Source: a virus (lineage: Duplodnaviria > Caudoviricetes). Taken from it: a stretch of 42,769 nucleotides of DNA. Positions 37,001 through 42,769 of the stretch are shown piece by piece; the stretch's first letter is position 1; each line of letters opens with the position of its first letter. The position numbers and the translations under genes were made by a program. The stretch spans positions 1 to 42,769 of IMG/VR virus record IMGVR_UViG_3300032225_001090; one strand, written 5' to 3'. The notes under the pieces were generated by a model, which was given only the letters and a program-made list of their open reading frames with translations, had not been told where the DNA came from and did no database searches.

Positions 37001-40000
37001 TCTTTATCAATTGGAGACAATTGCTTTAATGTATTTCTATCTGAAATAAGATTTGATGCAGCTAATCTTATAACGGCATCTAATGACTCTGGCTCTAATG
37101 CATTTTTTAATGCACCCTTTGAATCTTTAATATAGCCATAAGGTTTTTCTTGTGCAAGTGCTGCAGCAAATTTATCATACAATAACTTTTGAGTATTCTT
37201 TCTCAATCCACTATTTGCAAATAGCTTGTCTGCCATTTCAATTGATAATGAATTTACTCCCCATGGTGCTGATTCATACATGCTAGCTTTTGGAGCACCT
37301 GTTGGACCAAATCCTGCTCCTATGCGACTCATTGCTTTTCCTTTAAATACATTTCCAATTAGTCCGCCAAGATTAAATCCATTTGCCTCTGTTTTAAAGC
37401 TCATATCTCCTAATGATGCTGCATGACCTTTTTGACGTTTTCTTAATGCTTCTGTTTCTTTCATTTTTTGAATAGCCGCTAAGGTCATTGCTTTTTCTGG
37501 AGAAATTTTAACCTGAGAATGAATGCCATGGAACTCTTGCCACTTAACTCCCCTTGCTTCTTCAAGTCTATTTATCATTGAAGCGTACAAAGTTTTTTCT
37601 TCTTTATTTAATTGCATTGATGCAATTGTTGCTTTTAATTTTGGAAGAACAGTATCAATTTCTTTCATCATTGAATTATGATATTCATCAGCAGTCATAT
37701 TCTTGGCAATTCCCACTGTTGATTCCGCAAAGAATTTACGTGCTCCGCCTTTAACTCCTAGTAAATTAATACGTGCTTGATCTGCCATTGATGGCATATT
37801 TTTTTCATATGCTCTAGCTCCTGATGCACGACCAAATACTCCTGCGGGGCCTACGTCTGCAAGAACATTGCCAAATAAATTTGCTTGTTGTAAATCTTTA
37901 TCTCCTCTTAAATTGGCTGCTACTAATTGTCTAAAGTATTCATCTTTTGTAAATCCGCCACTAGGATTAGCAAACCTTGGATCATATGGGGATTCAAGAA
38001 CTAATATTCTTCTACGTCCATGAGGATCTGTTGGATCCATCATTGTTTTAATTGTTTGTTCTGGAGAATGTAGACCATGTGCTTCTCTAGCAATTTTTGT
38101 TGCTCTCATTTCAGCAAGTGCTGCATTGTCATCTAAGACTGGTTTAACAAATACTCTAGTTCCATCTGGTTTTTGATAAAGTCCGCCAATTCCTGGAACA
38201 GGAAAACTATGTCCAGATGTAGGACTTATTTGTTTGCCAAAATTTGTTGGATCAACCTTAGAAAATCTGCCTGACATAACTGCTTTATGTGCATTCTCTA
38301 ATGCTTCTTTTTCTGCTCTTGCTGCCTGTACTTGTTTAAAGTTTTTAATCATTCCTAAGAATAATTTGCCTCCGCCATTAAATCCTGGAACTCTTCCGCC
38401 TTTATTAAATGGCATCATATGAGCTAACCCAGTTGGCTCACCATTAATTCTATAGTTTCTAGGCACATCATAAGTTCTATATGAGCCCATATAGTTTGTT
38501 CCATGTTGTGCATTTAGTGCAATTAATTTATCTATATCAGCAACATTATATGGCTGTAATGGAGTTTCTCCTCTAAAGCCAGATGAATTGCCCTCAAAAT
38601 GCTTGCGTCTTTGTCCAGGGACATTTAGACTACTTAAGTATTGTTGACGAAGCTTTAAACTTTTTGCAATTTTCAAATACTCATCGTGTTGCACCTTAGA
38701 CCAAAGCTGTTCTCCAACTCTATCTTTTCCATTTAATTTTGCAATAATATTATTTCTTGCATTATTTAAAATTTCTTTTGCTTGCGAATCAGGTATATTG
38801 TTTACCTTTAAAAATCTTGCTAATGAAGGTAATGCATGTCCAGGATCTCCATAGCTAAGGTCTGCAATTAGTTCAGAACCTCTAGCGGCACCTCTAGCTA
38901 AAGCTGAGTTATTTCCTGTTCTAAGTGTTGCTCCCCAATTACCTACATAATAATATTCTTGTCCTGTATCCTTTACATTCATTGGTCTCTGATGTGAGCC
39001 AAATGATCTGGCTTGGAATGCAGCTGCTTCTTCAGGAGTTAATCTTAAATTTCTTCCGCCTAATAATTCTGGACTATACTGGCCTCTTCCCATTATTCTG
39101 GCAATTAATTTTTGAATAACTCCACCAACTGCATATCTTCCATTGAAAGATTGTCTATTGCTATTTATAGATTGAAGTAAAGGTAAGTTCTTTGCTGTTG
39201 CTTCTCTATTTACAACAAATTCTCCTGGAGTAAGCATTGCTGGAACTACATCTTTATTTACATTTGGACCAGGAACAGTTGCACTAGATCCATCATTATA
39301 ATAAATTGCTCCGCCAGAATTTCTTCTTTGAATAGGTCTTGTTGTTTCTGTGCTGTAACCTCCGCCAGAAGTCTTTACTCCAAGTGAACGTGCAATCTTG
39401 TCAACTAAACTTGCAGTTGTTCCCTTATGGAACATTTCCTTCATGTTTGATTTTCCAGTCGCTGGATCAATTACAGGTTGATTAGTTAATGGAACAGTTG
39501 TTATATTAGCAACTCTACCCTGACTTGCTGCAACCATAGAAGTTGTTTCTGCAATCATTACCTCAACCTGTGCATTTAATGCTACTATCTTTGCTCTTGC
39601 TGCTTCTACTGTAAGTTTTCCAGCCTGAGTTTGTTTAACAATTGCTTCTGCTTCAGTTGCAGCCATAGATGTTATTTCTGTAATTTGTGGAAGCAATGCT
39701 TTATATGATGTTGTTAATTCATGAGTTACTGTTCCAGCAGATGATACTTCTAACTTTAATGCTTTTAATTCCGCTTCTGACTGCATAGAAAGAGCACCAG
39801 TCATTGCATGCCATTTAGCTGCTTCAGCAGCTACAATACCTGTTGATGCTCCACCAATTGATGTAAGTCCAGGAATTTTTGGAAGATCTCCCTGCATGTA
39901 CATTTGTGGGTTAGGACCAATTTTTCTATTTACTGGAATTGGTCCAGGAACCATGCCAAACATTGTTTGTGCATTTCGTTCTTGTTCATTCATTTTTGAA

Positions 40001-42039
40001 ACTGGATTCATGTGCGAACTAGCTCTTGTTCCATATTCTCCAATTAATGGATGATTTGGATCTGCCATTCTTGAGCCACCAGGCATAACTATTCCGCCAG
40101 CAACTGTAGATAATGTTGGTTGTACTGATATTGGTCCTTTAGCAGTTGATTGTAAATCAACTAAATCTCTTTTTAAATTCTTTAATGCTGCACTTAAAAT
40201 AGATGCTGCTTCAGCATCACTATAAAATGTTTTTTCAATGAATTGTCCAGCTTCATTTGCTGCCATTATTTCTGGAGTTAATAGTTTAAATCCTTGTCCA
40301 CCCTTGAATAGATTTTTAAAGGCATAAACACCCTTTACAATATATCCAAAGAAGTTAGCAAGTACACCAGTTAACATAATAATTGGTCCAGCTAATGCTG
40401 TAAATCCAGCAAATATTCCAACAAGTTGTTTTACTGGTCCAGGCAATTTATTTACAAACTTTAATATTCCATCTACAAAGTTAATAAGTTGAGTATTAAT
40501 ATTAAGGAATTGTTCTCCAACTCCAGCTAAATCTGCCTTTAATCCTTCTAATGCTCTACGATATTTACCTGAAGCAGACTCTGTAACCTGACTTAATTCT
40601 CGTCCAGCAACACTAGCTAAATCTTGACTACTAGCTTTCATTAAATCCATAACTTTTAATGTCTGACTTCCTTGTTTTCCAAGATTCTGGAATAAGGCAT
40701 TCATTCTTGCAAATTGAAATTTACCAAACAATTGCTCAATAGCTTTTTGTTTTTGCAATGGATTTAATGTATCTAATGCTGATTGAAGTTCTAATATTGT
40801 TCCTGTTAGATTACCCGCATTTTTTGTTACTATTCCGCCTAAATCAATTCCAAATCCTTTAAACATTTCTGTAGCAACTTTAGTTGGGTTAATAAGAGAT
40901 GCTAATGAAGATTTAATAGCATTTGCACCTTGTGATGCATCTACTCCACCTTCTTTCATTGCTGTAAGATAAAGTGCTAAATCTTTTACAGATCCACCCA
41001 TACCTTGAACAACAGTTCCAGCTTTTGGAATAGCTTCAATTAAATCTGCAAGGCTAGTTGATGTCTGGTTTTCAACTGCGTTAAGAAAATTAATAGATTC
41101 AGAAAGCTGATCAGTGTTTTGTTTAAATGCTGTTTGAATTGCAAGAGTAGCTTTCATTGCTTCTTGCTTATCAACTTCTCCAAGAACAGAAAGTCTTGTA
41201 GTTTCCTTAATTGAATTAATTAAATCTTTACCAGTTTTACCTGTAGCTGCAATATCTGCAGATAAAGCTAATGTATCATTATAAGATGTTCCATATGCAG
41301 TTGCTAATTCTTTTGCAGTTGCTGCAACTTCTTTTCTTACCTTACCAAGCTCTGCAGTAGATGTGCCAGCAATGTCTCCATAAACCTTTGTTAATCTTAC
41401 AAGTTGTTCGTCTGCAGTTTTAAATGCATTTGCTGCAGCCCTACCAAATGCTGCAATTGGTACGGTTAATCCTACTGTTAATTGACGACCAGCCCATTGA
41501 GTATTTTTACCCCAGTTAATAAGTTGTGCTCCGCCATCTTGAATCACCTTATTATAAATTTGCATCTCTTGTCTTGCTAATGCAGTTTTATTTTTAGTTA
41601 ATTCTAAGCCTCTTGGGATATGAACTGTATATTGCATAATACCCTGGGCATTTTTGCCCAGGGGTTGCACAATTGAATTTTGCATTTGAACCTGCTGTTT
41701 AGCAAGTTCACGAATCATACCACCAGTTGTTTTAGTATGATCCTGCCATGTTCTAAAATAATCTTTTAGTTTTAATTTTCCAGAATCTAAACTCTTGCCG
41801 AATTTATCTACATCTGAACCAAGACTTACAAAGTGGCTAGAATACTGTCCTGTACTTCTTAATACATCTCCAAAAGATTTATTTACCTTCGCTATATTGG
41901 ATGTTAATGCTCTATCTAATCCGCCACTTGCTGCTTGAAGTTGAGTTAGTGCTGCTGTAGCTTTACGCACATTTGCGATAAGACCTGAAAAGTCAGCGTT
42001 AGCTACTATGTTAGTATATATATTTTGTTCTGCAGCCAT
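34030..42039 (-). CDS. Tape measure protein with embedded cargo domains (kinase-like)
   Basis: 2669 aa; TP901-type TMP core at N-terminus, hydrophobic segments, D(V/I)PAML..GE(F/Y)V.N modules; follows tail chaperones. Confidence 0.95.
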   Translation of the reverse strand: MAAEQNIYTNIVANADFSGLIANVRKATAALTQLQAASGGLDRALTSNIAKVNKSFGDVLRSTGQYSSHFVSLGSDVDKFGKSLDSGKLKLKDYFRTWQDHTKTTGGMIRELAKQQVQMQNSIVQPLGKNAQGIMQYTVHIPRGLELTKNKTALARQEMQIYNKVIQDGGAQLINWGKNTQWAGRQLTVGLTVPIAAFGRAAANAFKTADEQLVRLTKVYGDIAGTSTAELGKVRKEVAATAKELATAYGTSYNDTLALSADIAATGKTGKDLINSIKETTRLSVLGEVDKQEAMKATLAIQTAFKQNTDQLSESINFLNAVENQTSTSLADLIEAIPKAGTVVQGMGGSVKDLALYLTAMKEGGVDASQGANAIKSSLASLINPTKVATEMFKGFGIDLGGIVTKNAGNLTGTILELQSALDTLNPLQKQKAIEQLFGKFQFARMNALFQNLGKQGSQTLKVMDLMKASSQDLASVAGRELSQVTESASGKYRRALEGLKADLAGVGEQFLNINTQLINFVDGILKFVNKLPGPVKQLVGIFAGFTALAGPIIMLTGVLANFFGYIVKGVYAFKNLFKGGQGFKLLTPEIMAANEAGQFIEKTFYSDAEAASILSAALKNLKRDLVDLQSTAKGPISVQPTLSTVAGGIVMPGGSRMADPNHPLIGEYGTRASSHMNPVSKMNEQERNAQTMFGMVPGPIPVNRKIGPNPQMYMQGDLPKIPGLTSIGGASTGIVAAEAAKWHAMTGALSMQSEAELKALKLEVSSAGTVTHELTTSYKALLPQITEITSMAATEAEAIVKQTQAGKLTVEAARAKIVALNAQVEVMIAETTSMVAASQGRVANITTVPLTNQPVIDPATGKSNMKEMFHKGTTASLVDKIARSLGVKTSGGGYSTETTRPIQRRNSGGAIYYNDGSSATVPGPNVNKDVVPAMLTPGEFVVNREATAKNLPLLQSINSNRQSFNGRYAVGGVIQKLIARIMGRGQYSPELLGGRNLRLTPEEAAAFQARSFGSHQRPMNVKDTGQEYYYVGNWGATLRTGNNSALARGAARGSELIADLSYGDPGHALPSLARFLKVNNIPDSQAKEILNNARNNIIAKLNGKDRVGEQLWSKVQHDEYLKIAKSLKLRQQYLSSLNVPGQRRKHFEGNSSGFRGETPLQPYNVADIDKLIALNAQHGTNYMGSYRTYDVPRNYRINGEPTGLAHMMPFNKGGRVPGFNGGGKLFLGMIKNFKQVQAARAEKEALENAHKAVMSGRFSKVDPTNFGKQISPTSGHSFPVPGIGGLYQKPDGTRVFVKPVLDDNAALAEMRATKIAREAHGLHSPEQTIKTMMDPTDPHGRRRILVLESPYDPRFANPSGGFTKDEYFRQLVAANLRGDKDLQQANLFGNVLADVGPAGVFGRASGARAYEKNMPSMADQARINLLGVKGGARKFFAESTVGIAKNMTADEYHNSMMKEIDTVLPKLKATIASMQLNKEEKTLYASMINRLEEARGVKWQEFHGIHSQVKISPEKAMTLAAIQKMKETEALRKRQKGHAASLGDMSFKTEANGFNLGGLIGNVFKGKAMSRIGAGFGPTGAPKASMYESAPWGVNSLSIEMADKLFANSGLRKNTQKLLYDKFAAALAQEKPYGYIKDSKGALKNALEPESLDAVIRLAASNLISDRNTLKQLSPIDKDILRKKYLNWESKKDTPVTDSLKKLIFKLEGREKGGPVNAGQPYVVGEKGPELFVPRNSGGIIPKYRFGGLARGAASMAGGFGAQALLSKLLSGVPGGDIISMLIGFPIGQSATSAVLGGGRSMGSGKLMSKLPDTMTRAIGTTAKGTDGKLLSSYGVAVEKAVTSGSKWRMVLGRLALGMTRLNLVVGAGTIAATLIYKRYKDLQEQHRLNALGFGLTADAAQKAGLKYTDYNSKIKDVVENMKALKERNQLVYESMASSGTPLNLTIEQYKALKKEVKSVYGDQIKLINQTKDNKTGEVATRLKEELIAAGMSAEDATKKIYTMFKLSNKGSSALSATVGNKSFNRITDVQTAAIGAVSSYGKSTTTEGGQAQAAALNTAMTAIDSGISEIIAKSEKAAKADKTHKTEIISMYDAEKTQLERINNSKQAGTKITQATINELAKENPLIKEFANTQDTVVSLWQKIRLQTKGYSGDLASLTSAQTDALYKASVIIEKSVISQNKNGLLKGQYKELDRLTALQAKYDKAVKGQSVQAQINSRKEVESINAKIDAINKEAAARSKALQDQASLEDVNLQIKKKQFEYSDAMASGNLSGAAQAQLDIKGLVNQQQQQAGLNAIEEKRAADVAPLEKRLKALDKANQALSDAAALAGEKLTNLAPAIQAQKDKIDAVNNAISAFNLNLRAWLSLPENANKTAGDYIKTAEGRGGAALVTSTSKTAGVTVPKVVAPAFYNNFKGTNPADIGLDLATKTSDAITKALSDKGIIMGSGNIIINGKKLDGTPAARPNAATGTTFGQSGIPVISGKNLAAASKNAAVESRSRFQPAGLDTNYRLFSFGGKDYAVDDVGGTYYYDSKNKKLGARVKMASGGAVFGAGNGTSDSIPAMLSNGEYVINAKSVQAAGIPMLDRINRMAQGGLAARFDVPGSSNSRMKFETGGLATSSNSLYNINVTLNGSDLNPNDVAQAISREMRLRDSRNGVQRTFGGGQ

Positions 42040-42050
42040 TTAGATAGATG

Positions 42051-42419
42051 TTACTCCTTTGAGTATCCTAATCCCATTCCGATTCCAAATCCTGCACTTG
42101 CTGCTAATGATCCTTGTAGAGCGACTACATCATCACCACTAGCATTTATTCCAAGTGCCCTTCTTTGAACATCTTCAAAAGATGGACCATTTTTTTCTTC
42201 CGTACTATTTAAATCAATGCCTTGAATTGCTGCTAAGAATTTTCTTTTATCCTCTTCAGTTTTTTGCATTGCTTTAAATGTGTGAATCAACTCTGGCATT
42301 GAAAGATTTTCTTCTAAGTCTTCGTAATTTCTCCAATGACCTAACAAGAAAACTTCACCTTCTAATGCGGCAAGGTCTAGTTCTGACCAGCCAGAACCGC
42401 CGCCGCTAGGAGGTTTGGG
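42051..42419 (-). CDS. Tail assembly chaperone, -1 frame extension (gpGT-like)
   Basis: -1 frame is open from just before the slip site: PPSGGGSGWSELDLAALEGEVFLLGHWRNYEDLEE... Confidence 0.8.
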   Translation of the reverse strand, partial: PKPPSGGGSGWSELDLAALEGEVFLLGHWRNYEDLEENLSMPELIHTFKAMQKTEEDKRKFLAAIQGIDLNSTEEKNGPSFEDVQRRALGINASGDDVVALQGSLAASAGFGIGMGLGYSKE

Positions 42420-42709
42420 TCGTCCATTTTAATTCCTCCGCAAACTTCTAGAATGCGATTGATTGTTGGAACGTCCAAAGCATCTTCTAATGCATCTCTA
42501 TCTTTTACCAAATCTGGAAGCTGCTTTTCTAGTGCAACTGCACATGCATCAATTAAAATTGTTAATGTTGCATCTTCTGTTTCTGCTTCTGCTGTCTGTG
42601 CGATAGCTATCATAAACTTTCTAAGCTCTTTAATTGTAAGAGGCTTAAGTTTTACCTTTGCCCCATTTTGTAATTCAATTTCTTCTACGTCGTATACTGT
42701 AGTTGCCAA
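42377..42709 (-). CDS. Tail assembly chaperone (gpG-like)
   Basis: 110 aa, LKPLTIKELR; AGGAGG RBS; upstream of TMP. Confidence 0.85.
   Translation of the reverse strand: MATTVYDVEEIELQNGAKVKLKPLTIKELRKFMIAIAQTAEAETEDATLTILIDACAVALEKQLPDLVKDRDALEDALDVPTINRILEVCGGIKMDDPNLLAAAVLAGQN
42413..42419 (-). other. Programmed -1 frameshift slippery site C CCA AAC
   Basis: In-frame X XXY YYZ heptamer; downstream GTTCTG/CAGAAC and GCGGC/GCCGC stems. Confidence 0.8.
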
Positions 42710-42769
42710 TTTATCCTCCTAGGATGTCTTTATTATTATACTAAAAGAAATATACTAATACAAGCAGAA

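Noticed and set aside
1397-42722. All plus-strand ORFs in the track (e.g. 36560..37135, 29345..29809, 2277..2462)
   Set aside because: Antisense shadows of well-supported minus-strand genes, with no recognisable motifs
1-42769. Stop-codon reassignment
   Set aside because: Dense, full-length genes under the standard code, with TAA, TAG and TGA all used as stops; no suppressor tRNA

Overview
A 42.8 kb segment of an AT-rich tailed dsDNA phage with a long tape measure, which points to a siphovirus-type tail. Every credible gene is on the minus strand. In transcription order (right to left): tail assembly chaperone with a -1 frameshift, a 2669-aa tape measure protein, tail tip and fibre proteins; a replication/recombination block (metallophosphoesterase, DnaB, primase, SSB, DnaE, MazG-like, RecA, two resolvase-like nucleases, Cas4-like exonuclease); a glycosyltransferase/methyltransferase/DUF1599 cassette; small and large terminase; and a host-support block (tRNAs, Dps, CHAP endolysin, Hsp20, thermonuclease, FmdB-like Zn ribbon). 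Gene content, leaderless promoters and a short-arm tRNA-Leu(TAA) suggest an actinobacterial host (inference). Top observations: (1) a ~94-nt promoter-to-hairpin non-coding unit at 2211-2304, abutting tRNA-Arg, whose transcript is antisense to two discontinuous segments of 23S rRNA around helices 69-71; (2) a tape measure protein built like a polyprotein, with cargo domains (one HipA/PI3K-like kinase) between repeated xxxGG motifs; (3) a small switch-like RNA structure over the thermonuclease RBS. All family assignments and rRNA comparisons come from motif recognition and memory; no searches were run.
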